Source of the DNA: Eledone cirrhosa
Taxonomy: Eukaryota
Direction of reading: 5' to 3'
Length of the DNA: 64,000 nt
Assembly: GCA_964016885.1 (NCBI GenBank)
Contig: OZ024740.1
Location: 74,462,001-74,526,000 of the forward strand
The stretch's first letter is position 1. Each line of letters opens with the position of its first letter. Positions 1 through 12,812 of this stretch are shown one piece after another. The translations under genes were made by a program, and so were the position numbers. Below the pieces are notes generated by a model that had not been told where the DNA came from, searched no databases, and worked only from the letters and a program-made list of their open reading frames with translations.

Positions 1-1516
<1,516 letters not shown>

Positions 1517-1517
1517 T

Positions 1518-1703
1518 CGGTGGATTGGCAGTATCGGTAGAGCGTCGGACGCCATGCTTTCCAGCATAGTTACGTCCCTTTACGGTCCGAGTTCAAATCC
1601 TGCCAAGGTTAACTTTGTCTTTCATCCTTACGGGGTCGATAAAATAAAGTACCAGTAATACACTGGTTAATTGCTGGCCTTGTGCCTAAAGTAGAAACAA
1701 TTA
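1518..1703 (+). mobile_element. tRNA-derived SINE (Meta-SINE-like central domain)
   Basis: A-box-like TGGCAGTATCGGTAGAG, B-box GAGTTCAAATCC, core CTTTCATCCTTACGGGGTCGATAAAATAAAGTACCAG, tail GGCCTTGTGCCTAAAGTAGAAACAATT. Related copies at ~7395, 9620, 9820, 11040, 14570, 15020, 36130, 43880. Confidence 0.85.
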
Positions 1704-1939
1704 TATATAAATATATATTATATATATATATATAATATATATATATATATATGACGATGATGATGATGATATATATATATTATATATATATTATTTATAT
1801 ATATTCATCATCATCATCTTCATCATTTTACTTCCTTAGTGCCCATCAGATTACAGAGCAGGAAGACTCTCTAAAAACTTTCTCCAGGTGCACAAAAGTC
1901 AGCTAGTGTGGATTATTTTAAACCAAATACTTCTGCAGT

Positions 1940-2270
1940 TTTCTCACCAGGAAGAGGGCATTGATAATACCCCTACTTGGCATAAATCTGAAATGCATCT
2001 CATCTAACTTTAACTCTAATTAGTCCATCAACTTGATGCCTCTCCATTTATCAATCTCTAGTGTGGCTCACTTAGCCTTGTAGCACTAGACAATGATACA
2101 TCTGCATCAGCCATTGACTATGACACCATCTTGTACTACTTGATTAATTATGTATCTGATTAGGGCATAACCTACCATGCCTGATGCTTTTAGCATCTCA
2201 GTAACTATACTAGATGGTCCAGCAGCCTTCCCTGCCATCATATCCTTAATTGCTTTGTCTATCACCCTGC
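1940..2270 (-). mobile_element. RTE LINE ORF fragment
   Basis: ORF 2107..2304 contains KAAGPSSIVTEMLKASG, typical of the RTE pre-RT region and seen in other copies here. Confidence 0.75.
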
Positions 2271-2974
2271 TGTTATATATATGTATATATATCAATCTTT
2301 TCATGTTCTCTCCCTATCTGAATTCTCCATTTCCTGATGAAGGACTTCTGTCCAAAGCGCCAAACCCTCCCCCACTTCCTCCAAAGCATGATCTTAATAA
2401 GAATATTTTTGCATCTCTATGTTTGTTTTGTTTTATTTTTTAAATTATATATACACATATATATGTGTGTGTGTGAGTGTGTGAATGTGTATACGTATTT
2501 ATGTGTGTCTATATATATACACATACACGTGTATATTGCTCTACTTCATGTATTGAGTTGTAAAAAATCAAGTGCTGAATATTGATTCATGGGAGATAAC
2601 TAAGTAAAACCATTGATGGGAGATAACCAAAGCTACAATTCTAAAAGGATAGACTAAATTGATTTCCTTGGTAAAATACTAGTACTTATTTTATCGACCC
2701 ATGTAGTAGAACAAAATAAAAAGAAAAACAAAATTTAAAGGGAGTAGGGCACTCAAAATCATTTTCTGTTCAGAGATTATCAAAGATTGTGAGATTTAGA
2801 TGTCATGGCTTTGAAGGTTTTAGTTGTGTTGTTCAAGATTATAGAAGACAAGCCACAAAACTCTTTTTTTGATATATGTAGAGATTGCGTCTTTGTATTC
2901 TTAAAAGAGACGAAGATGTCATTTTTCTATTGAAAGACCTTTTCAATATCCTTGATTAACCCTTTTATTATCAT

Positions 2975-4405
2975 AGTTATAGCGCAACTAATCAGAGAAC
3001 GAATTGATCTAGATGAAATGCAGTTTGAGTTTGTGTCAGGTAAAAGTACCACAGACACTCTTTTCCTTGTATGACAACTACAGGAGAAGTACCTAGCTAA
3101 AAGTAAACCCCTATACTTAGCTTTTGTTGACTTGGGGAAAGCCTTTGACAAAATCCCCCGCTCCACTATCTGGTGGGCTCTTAGAAAACTAGGTGTTGAT
3201 GAATGGCTTGTGAGAGCTATACAAGCCATGTATAAAGAAACAGTCAGCAAGGTTAGAATTAACAACGAATATAGTGAAGAATTTAGCGTAAAAGTTGGTG
3301 TTCATCAGGGCCCCGTCCTTAGCCCCCTCCTATTTATTATTGCCCTTCAGGCTATAACACAAGAGTTCAAGACCGGCTGCCCATGGGAACTTCTATACGC
3401 AGATGATCTAACGCTCATAGCTGAATCAATGGCTGAACTAGAGAAGAAATTCCAAACAATGAAAGCATGGCCGAGAATCAAAAGGCCTTAAAGTTAACTT
3501 GTCTAAGACTAAAGTTCTAGTATGTAGGAAGGAAAATAGGGCACAGATCCCCTCTGGGAAATGGCCATGCTCAGTGTGTAGGAAAGGAGTAGGCAGAAAT
3601 TCCATTTTATGTCCCAAATGCAAAGTATGGGTACATAAAAGATGTAGTGGGATCACAGGTAATCTAGCTAAGAACGTAGATTTTATATGTGGCCGGTGCC
3701 CAGGTGCAATAAGTAGCAAGCACCCACAGGATACTAGCTCATTCTACTGCCCAGATGGCTCTATAGAAATAGTGGACACCTTCCGTTACGTGGGTGACAA
3801 AATCAGCAGTGGTGGCGGGTCCTCTGAAAGTACAGTAGCTAGAGTCAGAACGGGATGGAAAAAGTTCAGGGAGCTTATACCACTATTGGCTGCCAAAGGT
3901 TTTTCTCTAAGAATGAAAGGCAGACTGTATGATGCCTACATACGAACAGCAATGTTACATGGCAGTGAGACATGGGCATTGTGTGCAGATGATCTGTGCA
4001 GACTGGAGAGGAATGAAGCTTGCATGGATGTGTAATAGTAATATACGTGAACGGCAAAACATAAGTGAACTAAGTGAGAAATTAGGAATAAGAGGGATCA
4101 GATGTTGTTTACTCGAGAGAAGACTACGTTGGTATGGTCACGTGATGCGCATGAAAGACGACAGCTGTATAAAAAAGTGCAGGGCGATCAAAATTGATGG
4201 AAGTTACGGAGTAAGTAGACCCAGAAAAACCTGGGACGATTTGATAAATTCCGACCTTACACACTTACACCTCTCCAAGACAATGTCACTGGACCAAGAT
4301 CTTTGGCGCTACACAGTAATACAGAAGACCCACCTTGCCTATGTACAAAGCGAAACCTACAGTCAGTAGGCACCTCTTAACCAAACATACACCCCCATCC
4401 CACAA
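2975..4405 (+). mobile_element. 5'-truncated RTE-clade LINE (frameshifted RT, PHD-like finger, C-terminal domain)
   Basis: KAFDKIP, GVHQGPVLSPLLF, LLYADDL, RTGWKKFREL, MLHGSETW and RRLRWYGHVMRM across ORFs 3132-4369. Same family as the copy at 60420-62070. Confidence 0.93.
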
Positions 4406-4409
4406 CCCC

Positions 4410-5180
4410 TACTCCCATAGTTATAAAATAAGAATAGGTGGGAAGATTCATAGAGCTATTACTTCATTTAGCAACAAAGGAATTCTCTCTCCGAGCAAAA
4501 GGTATATTATATGATTCTTGTGTATGTGTTACCATGTTCATGGTAGAAAGACATAGGCAATGAATGCAGGGGGCATGCTAAGGCTAGAAAAAAATGAAGT
4601 GAACATGCTCTGCTGAATGTGTAATGTTAGTTTTCATAAACAACAAAGCACAGATAAGTTGATAGAAAAACTGGATATAAGAGGAATTAGATCATGTGTG
4701 GAAGAGAAGGTTGTACTAGTATGGAACAAGTAATATGTATGGGTAATGACAATTGGGGAAAGAAGTGAAAGAAGGCCATAGAAGACCAAGGAAGAAAACA
4801 TGGGCAGAAATGGTGAAAGCTCATCATAGGATGCTGAACCTCACAAAGATGTCAATGGAACACAAGTGATGAGTTGCTTTTTTGGAGATAACCTATCCAA
4901 CAGAGTAAGAGTCAGGCTTGGAACCAATATTACAATCATTCAAGTCACAGTCACTCAGAAACACTGGATCCAATGGTTTGACCACATTGTTAGTCAACTG
5001 GAAATATCTATGGTCTAGCGAATACTCAAGGGAAATGTTCAAGGCCTTAGAAAAAGAGACAGACCACTGAAGAGAAGGCAAGACAATATACAGAGAACCT
5101 AAAACTGCTGCTCTTGATATATGAATTACTGGCACAGAATAAAGTACAATGGAGCTAATACTGGCCAACAAAAGAACTGA
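4410..5180 (+). mobile_element. Old degenerate RTE C-terminal fragments
   Basis: Degenerate matches to the RIGWKKFREL and LGIRGIR motifs with stops and indels, followed by a second RTE-type C-terminal remnant. Confidence 0.6.
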
Positions 5181-5384
5181 ATAGTTTTACTCATCATGCA
5201 TCATCCAACCCATGCAAGCATGGTAAATCATCATTATCATTGTCATTTTAACATCTGCTTTCCCTGCTAGCAAGGGTTGGACAGGTCCATATAGACCAAG
5301 TCAGTACTGAAGCAAAGCCACTGGTCTCCCAGACAGGCCAGGGACCTCTGCACTTATGTGTAGTCTCACGTTTCATTGAGTGCT

Positions 5385-5920
5385 TAGGAGAGGTTGTCAT
5401 GCCTTTGATAAACTGAGGGTCCTCCAAACCCTTTGATTGGCAAAACGTCTATGGCTGGATGCCCTTCCTATCACCAACCACTTTACTGTGTATACTGGGT
5501 GTGTTTATCATGTAGATCACCAACACTATGGAGGTTGTCATACCCTTGACATGACTTGAGGGTCCTCTCGACCCATTGTCTGGCAAGTTTTCTTCAGCCA
5601 GATGGCCTTCCTATCACCAACAACCTTACAGCATGTACTGGGTGCATTTATTGTCTAGATCACCAACACTAGGGAGGCTGTCATGTCCTTGACATGACTG
5701 AAGAGTCCTCCCAACACTTTATCTGGCAAGCTTTCTATGGCTGGATGCCCTTTCTATCACAAACCACTTTACAGTGTGTACTGTGTGCATTTATCATGCA
5801 GATCATAAACACTAGGGAGGCTTGTTATGTTCATGACATGGCTGAAGGGTCCTCAAGACCCTATGTTTGTTTGCTTGGCAAGCTCTCCATGGTTGGGAGC
5901 TCTCCTATCACCAACCACTT
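5385..5920 (-). repeat. ~143-bp tandem array (about 4 units) built from the SINE/RTE-tail core
   Basis: Unit GGAGGYTGTCATG...GCTGGATGCCCTTCCTATCACCAACCACTTTAC...GATCACCAACACTA recurs at ~5387, 5530, 5672, 5815. Confidence 0.8.
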
Positions 5921-6013
5921 GGTGGGGTAAAGCTGCCGGGAATGTGTGAGGGGGAGGTTGAAGTACTGAAGTTGAGAATAACTGTTAGAGAGTGCTAGTG
6001 GAAGGAAGGTAGG

Positions 6014-6480
6014 TCAGGTCACATTGTAAACTGCAGGCCAGATTTTTTTCAGTACTGTATATTGCCAGCTCTCAAGGTCTTCAGTCATTTTTGTTTTAAG
6101 GTTTAGCTTTCTAAGGTCAGTCCTTACAACCTCATCCCATGTCTTCCTGGGTCTGCCTCTTCCATGGGTTCCAGCCACTAAGGTTTCTCTGCATTTCTTT
6201 ATGGAGCTATCATCTTCCATGCACATCACATGGCCATACCAAAGCAGTTTTATCTCTTGCACACTACATCCAATTGCTCTTATGCCAAGTTTTTCCCTCA
6301 GTTTGCTTGTTATGCACACTAACATTGCACATCCATTGGAGAATACTTAACTCATTTCTTTCTAGCCTCTGCAGGTCTTCTGCAGTCAAGGCCAATATTT
6401 CCCTGCCATGTAACATAGCAGTTCACATGCAGGCATCATACAGTTTACCCTTCACTCTGAGAGAGAAGCATCTTGTTGTA
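6014..6480 (-). mobile_element. RTE LINE 3' fragment
   Basis: KLREKLGIR, WYGHVM, GRGRPRKTWDEVV; KGKLYDACM in an adjacent frame. Confidence 0.85.
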
Positions 6481-7783
6481 ATAATAATGACGATGATATT
6501 ATATATACTTCTAACTGACATTCCCAACTTCGTCCGGGTAAACAGATGATAAAGGAAGACAGGTAGAAAAGAAAACAACTGTATTGGATGTGTTGTTTGG
6601 TTTACAGTATGAGGTGAGACCATGGTGTGTGAGTGACAAAAAAAAACAAAACATCTTCCAGATACACCAGATTCTTCGTTTTAACATTCGTGCATAGTAT
6701 ATGAAGATTTCTAGATGTTCCCACTCATGAACAACCTACATATAACTGTCCATGGATAAAAAGTACTTCCCTTGTATTCAATCCTACAACTTTGAAACTC
6801 TGAGCCTGAGCTTTATGTATTGGTCATAGCAAAACTGGCTCTAATAGGGAACTGAAGTCTTGAGAATTTGAATGGCAGTTCGGTAGAGGAAGAGATAAGA
6901 GGAATCTTGGGAATAAATGCATTTTCTCCTTAACGATTGCCTCCAACAATAGTGACCTCTAGGAGAAGGTTCATCTTCCGCCGGACTGTAAAGTGTGTAT
7001 CATTGCAGAGACGTGGCTGATCCACATTTCTCAAAAGTATGATGGAAATTCCAATCTTTTATATTATATATAGATATAGATAATTATATATAAATGTGTG
7101 TGTGTGTGTGTGTGTGTAAACCAGAGTTCAAATCAGAGACACTGGCCACAAAATACGACCATGACTGACAATGAATGCACAGAGAGAATCCCTTATGGTT
7201 GATATCCAACCTGCTAGAAATAGCAGTCAGGCTGGTTGGCATACCAAGGATGTTTTTCTTCTTTGATTTTATAAAATTAATATCAATAAACCTTCCTGGG
7301 TATACCCTTATTCCATTGCTGTACTTATTTTTGGATTGTCAGTTTTAGTTTTTGTGTGATGCCCGAAAGAACCCACCAACAAACATCTCTGAAAATTGGC
7401 AGAGTTGTTAGAACATTGGATAAAGTGCTTTCCGGTATTCATTCCAATTCTCTGATCTTGGAGTTCAAATCCTGCCGAGGTCAACTTTGCCTTTCATCCT
7501 TTCAAGGTTGGTAAAAAATGTACCAGTCTAGTACTAGAGTCAATTCTTCTTTTTCTCGCTTTCTATCCTCTGGAAGAAATCTGCTGTACTCAGACTTGGA
7601 GAGGGATGGGCTCCACCAGGCTTAAAATGCTCAAGGAACACCATATGTCAATACAGCACCACTATGACTCATCAGAAGTTATGGGACCATACCATACCAT
7701 TATGGCCAACATTAAAATCAAAACTATGTTACAAATATCAGTAAAGAAACAAACAAATAAAACAAAGTAAAATATTCACTTAC

Positions 7784-7921
7784 CATAGTTGCTGTAATAA
7801 ATCCTTTCATCTCGTTTTTTCCTCCATTTATTAAAATAGGGAGCAAGATAACTCCTAGCAAATATCAACAATATGACAACAACAAGTAAAATCCAGCCAT
7901 ACTGCTCGAAAACAAATTTGA
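7784..7921 (-). CDS. SELENOS: Selenoprotein S-like, coding exon 2 (transmembrane segment)
   Basis: tttatttcAG acceptor and GTAAGT donor; 138 nt, phase 1-1. Encodes (V)KFVFEQYGWILLVVVILLIFARSYLAPYFNKWRKKRDERIYYSNY. YGW followed by a TM helix and a basic stretch is the SelS/VIMP signature. Confidence 0.75.
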
Positions 7922-10824
7922 CTGAAATAAAGAAATGAGATAAGCTTTTGGTGATATTGTGAATAACATTAAAATATAAATTGACATTTGAACTATAAAG
8001 TATAAGTTTTTAATACAATCAAAAATTCACACATTCAATACAAGTTACACAGTCAAGAACACAGACCAAGTGATCATTATAATGTTGGAATTATGAGGTG
8101 GTTGTATGATGTTACAGTTAAATTTTGCATAAATCATTTTTTAAAAGCTATCTCTTTCTACTGGGAATTATTTCCCTTATATTCTCATAGCAGGATGGTA
8201 TCTTTGATTACCTTTGAAACGTCAATTATATAGGTTTGTTATAAGACTGATCATGGCTTAGAGGTTCATAGTAGAAAGCAGCTACCTAATCTCAGCCCAG
8301 ACTATGTAAGGGAACCATGGAAGACTTGCATTATTGCAAAACTTAAATAAATGTAATTGACATTGCATATTTTCAGAATAGTAGCTAAGTTGTATAAGCA
8401 AAAAAAAAATTTGATAAAGATTATTTATTCTTCCTACCATGCTAAGATATGTAAATTTAAGTCTGTCTTGAGTTTAGAGGCTTATCGGACAGGAGCTTAT
8501 CTTGGTTTTATGAGGCATTAAGCATTTGAATGTACAAGACTTCTTCCTCCTGGATGAGATGTTGCTTTTTTTTAGCAGAGTAAAATGGAGTAACATGAAA
8601 GCACAAGCTACCTAATCTGGGAACCAAAACCACAAACATGTTCTCAATACCCTAATCACTTGGCCTCATGCCTTCATATGATATATAAGAAACACAAAAT
8701 TATCTTCCCCCACACTCCACTAATGCATGCCTGAGAAATACATTAAGGAAACAAATGTAAATTATGGTATAAAACAAAATGTGAATAATAAATATGACAG
8801 ACCAACATTTAAAGAGAGAGGAGAGAAACAATTGGAGCTATTCTTTCAGTTAATCTACACTTAATTTATCTATTTACTTTATATTGCAATTGGTAAACAA
8901 TAATGTCGTTGATTACAAGTTTCTAATAGATCAAACACTGCTTCACTGCATTATTGATTGCGAATGGCGAAATTGTCAATAAATCGAATCAAAACAAATA
9001 CAACAAGGGGACTTCATTCGCACAGCACCGGTTTTTTCAGTTTTCCTGTCAATGTTTACATTGTTCACTAGCATAAATTGGCGAACACACACGCGCGTGG
9101 CATGCTTCTCTTTCATTCCAGTCTTATGATATATTTATTTTTACTGCTTTATCCAAAGTGTCTATTTTTATAAAAGATAGCAGTGTGTAATTTAAATAAG
9201 ATTTGACTGTTATCTCTAACAGGTCGAGAGACCGGCGTAAAGTCCCCATGAACTTTGCAGGGGCCAAATTGAAATAAAACAACTAGATTTCATAAGCTAA
9301 TTCCCACCACAAAAGTACAGTAATGATGAAATGACGTTCACTATAAGGAACTAATATTAAAGTATTATAAACTAAAGTACCAGTAATGCACTGGGTATTT
9401 GCTGACCTGGTGCCTAAAGTAGAAACAATTATAAACTAATTAATAAGCGGATGAACAATTAACTCACGTCGAAAGGGTTGCGTGGAAATTCCTAGGATAT
9501 TGCTGTGTATAATAGGCATCGGATGGAGGAAGGTAGGTACAACGACTAAAACGCTGTGATTATAACCACGAAAAACACTAGTCCAAATGAATAAGTTTAT
9601 CATAAAGATTTCTACTTTAGAGACAAAGCCAGCAATTTAGGGGCAAGTCGATATTATCGATCACAGTACTTGACTGGTACTTTATTTTATTGACTCCAGA
9701 AGAATGAATGGCAAAGAAGACCTCGGCGAGATTTGAACTTGGAACGTAAAGGACTGTAACAATATAACGCAAAATATGTCCGATACTGCCAATCCACTGC
9801 CCTACCAATGAGTTAATAATAATGGTTTCTGATTCAGGTACAAAGCCAACAATTTTAGGAGTTGGTCAAATAAATCTACCCAGTGCATTACTGGTGCTTT
9901 ATTTATCGACCCCGTAAGGATGAAAGGCAAAGCTAACTTCGGCGGAATTTGAACTCAATGAATTGGTAAATAATAACAATTCATCTAAGGAATGCAAACA
10001 AAAATGAAATTGTTGTATTTATGAGGATCCTGGTTTGTTTGTGCCAATGCGAATACAAAAGGAATTTAGTAACAGATAGAGGTTTTTCACATTAACATGG
10101 AAAAAGGGTTCTGTTTATTCAATCCATTAAGTACATTGTTCTCATATTGTCTATGCCTAGTAGTATCTGATTAATTATATTAATAAGCACCTGAAGAATG
10201 CTGGAGGGAACGGTCGGAACTTTGTGACTATAACAACCAAGATGAGGACACATATCTGAATATATCAGTTTATAATAATGATAATTCTTCAGAAATTCTG
10301 ACAAAACTGATATAAAATTTTAACAAACATTTAGGAAGACTTTATTACGTGTTGGTAATAAGTGACTAAGTTTCTTACTTTCAGTTTAAAGAAAACAATA
10401 GAGGGATGTATTTTTGAGAAACGTCGACCAAAGACAGTGCTTTAACCATGTACCTGGAATGCATTGACCCTAAAGTTAGTTGACCGCTACTAATATATAT
10501 ATATAATGAAACCAACTATATTTATGTTGCTGTTTAAGTCCCATGTCAGTCTTGCTCGGGCAGATCTATAATCAAAGGCATCCCAACTGCGACTAACATG
10601 TTTCTAGAAATATATAAAACTACATAGTCCACTGTGTCCCTTTCCTACTTAAAACAAGGTGTGATTTAAGGCAATTTGGCTGCTATTTCCAGCAATCGTG
10701 TTCAGGTTTCCTCATGTTTGTCGTCGTGTCTTCTTATGACAACACTGTTTTGAAGACGTGTAGTTATTCTAATTATCGGCACATAAAAGGTATATTTACA
10801 GTAGAAATTATATACAGTACTAAC

Positions 10825-10918
10825 CCGTGTCGAAAAAACTCAGAAGAAAAGCTGGGTCCTTATTAACAGCTTCTTCTGGTTCTTCTGCGATAACGTTTTC
10901 CACATCCTCTTCTTCCAT
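10825..10918 (-). CDS. SELENOS: Selenoprotein S-like, coding exon 1
   Basis: ATG at 10918; MEEEDVENVIAEEPEEAVNKDPAFLLSFFDT plus G, then donor GTTAGT. Phase 1 joins exon 2 in frame (G+TC = Val). Confidence 0.72.
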
Positions 10919-11039
10919 ATTGAATTTACATGTGAATTACGTGGCGTTTGTGGTTTAACAGTGATCTCCCCTTATACGTATGCGAGACTTTCATTCAAGC
11001 AAATAGTGATCTCCCCTTACTTAACAAAATCCAACTATA

Positions 11040-11172
11040 TAATAATTGTTTCTACTTTTGGCACAAGGCCAGCAATTACCCAGTGCATTACTGGTACTTT
11101 ATTTTATCGACCCCGTAAGGATAAAAAGCAAAGTCAACCTCAGCGGGATTTGAACTCAGATTGTAAAGGGAC
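11040..11172 (-). mobile_element. tRNA-SINE, 5'-truncated, abutting the CR1 3' end
   Basis: Reverse complement of the SINE tail, core and B-box seen at 1518-1703. Confidence 0.75.
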
Positions 11173-11173
11173 G

Positions 11174-12812
11174 TGTACAATGCTCAGGTGCACTACAACT
11201 CATCAAAAAGTGTACATAGGGTAATATACAAACGTCAGGAAAATGAACAGTGCATGAGTCATGATATACACATGTGTGCGTGTGTATGGAAGGGGTACAT
11301 CAGGTGTAGTTTTGGCGAATTTCGGGAAGCATGAAGGTTGAAAAGGATGCAGTGTCTCGGCAGCTAACAACTGACGCAGGCAGTTTGTTCCATGCTTCAG
11401 CAACTCTGAGCGTGAAAAAATGTTTCCGAAAGTCATGGGAGCTGTGCTGTTTTCTGATTTTGTAGGCATGTCCACGTGTGTTAGACACATGGAGATCAAA
11501 AAGGTGCTCAGGGTTGTTGTTGGCGAGATGGTTAATAACTTTGTGGGTGTTTACCAAGTCCATTGCCAGACGTCGGAGCTTCAATGAATCCATGCCCAGG
11601 GAAGCAAGGCGTTCAGAGTATGGTAGGTGTCTGATGGAGGGTATGCGCTTGGTTGCACATCTCTGAACAGTTTCCAGGAGGTCAATGTTCTGAGCAAGAT
11701 AGGGGTTCCAGACTGATGATGCGAATTCCAAGTGTGGTCGTACCATAGCTGTATACAGCTTTAAATAAATGGCTGGAGAGCGGCTAACAAAGGTCTTGCT
11801 GAGTGATGCCAAGACACCCTCGGCCTTCTTGACAATCTTAGAGACATGCTTTGTCCAATACAAATCGCTGCTGACAGTAATGCCCAGGTCACGTTCACAA
11901 GAGGACTTCTTGATATCAGTGTTGTGGAGGGAGTATGTGGACGCTGAATTTTTCCTCCCAAAATGCATGATGGTACACTTGTCCACAGCCAGCTTCAGTT
12001 GCCAGTCTGTGATCCATTGCTGCATTGTGTCCAGGTCTGATTGTAGGAAAGAGTTGTAGATTTCAGGATCAGTCCTTTTGATTTCAATGTGCAGCTTGAT
12101 GTCATCTGCATATTTCAGTACCGTAGCATTCTTTAAGTTGGCATCTATGTCATTAATATATGCCACAAACAAAAGGGGACCAAGAACAGATCCCTGTGGT
12201 ACACCAGATGACATCTCATATGGTGAAGAATGCTGTCCTAGAACCGTGACTACCTCTTTTCGGCTGGGAATGAAGGATTTCAACCAGTTAAAAAGATCAT
12301 CCCTCACACCCATTGCAGAGAGTTTTGCCATAAGTCTTTTGTGTGGCACAGAATTAAAAGCCTTAGCGAAGTCAAGGTAAACAACATCCACCCATGAGCC
12401 GCTGTCAGTGATCCGGGTAATGTCTTCAAGGAACTCGATAAGCTCATCACAGCAGCTGGAGTTAGGGATAAATCCAAACTGCGAGGGCCGGATGAGGCTG
12501 TGAGAGCTCCAGAAGTTCCAAAGTGTTTCTCTGACACAGAATTCCATCAGTTTGGCAATACAGCTAGTAAGACTGACTGGACGATAGTTGATAGGTGACG
12601 TGCAGTCGCCCTTTTTGAATAGGGGAATGATACTGGCAGTTTTCCACTGCTCCGGAGTAGCACCATTGTTGAGACAGTATTGAAAGAAAAAAGCTGGTGC
12701 AAAAGGAAGTACCCGCCACGTTTGAGACGCAGGTATGTAACACCATCAAGACCAGGGGAGGCATAGTTGCGTTCAAGGATATGAGGATTTGTGGGATGGG
12801 ACATTGCCCAAA
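11174..12812 (-). mobile_element. 5'-truncated CR1-clade LINE with a 415-aa open RT/C-terminal frame
   Basis: DVVYLDFAKAFNSVPHKRL, SGVPQGSVLGPLLF, KYADDIK, ERDLGI, VRPHLEFASSVWNP, TRGH, FFTLRVAEAWNKLP. Upstream in-frame NYRPVSLTS; frameshift near 12700. Confidence 0.93.

Noticed and set aside
1518-1605. tRNA gene candidates (A/B boxes, also at 15020, 29030-29108, 46100-46178)
   Set aside because: No complete cloverleaf; each continues into a SINE body and tail.
2332-2365. CTGATGAAGGAC-TTCT-GTCC hammerhead-like start, probably a Penelope-type remnant
   Set aside because: The GAAA core is broken (CAAAG) and there is no valid stem I or III; a decayed relic at best.
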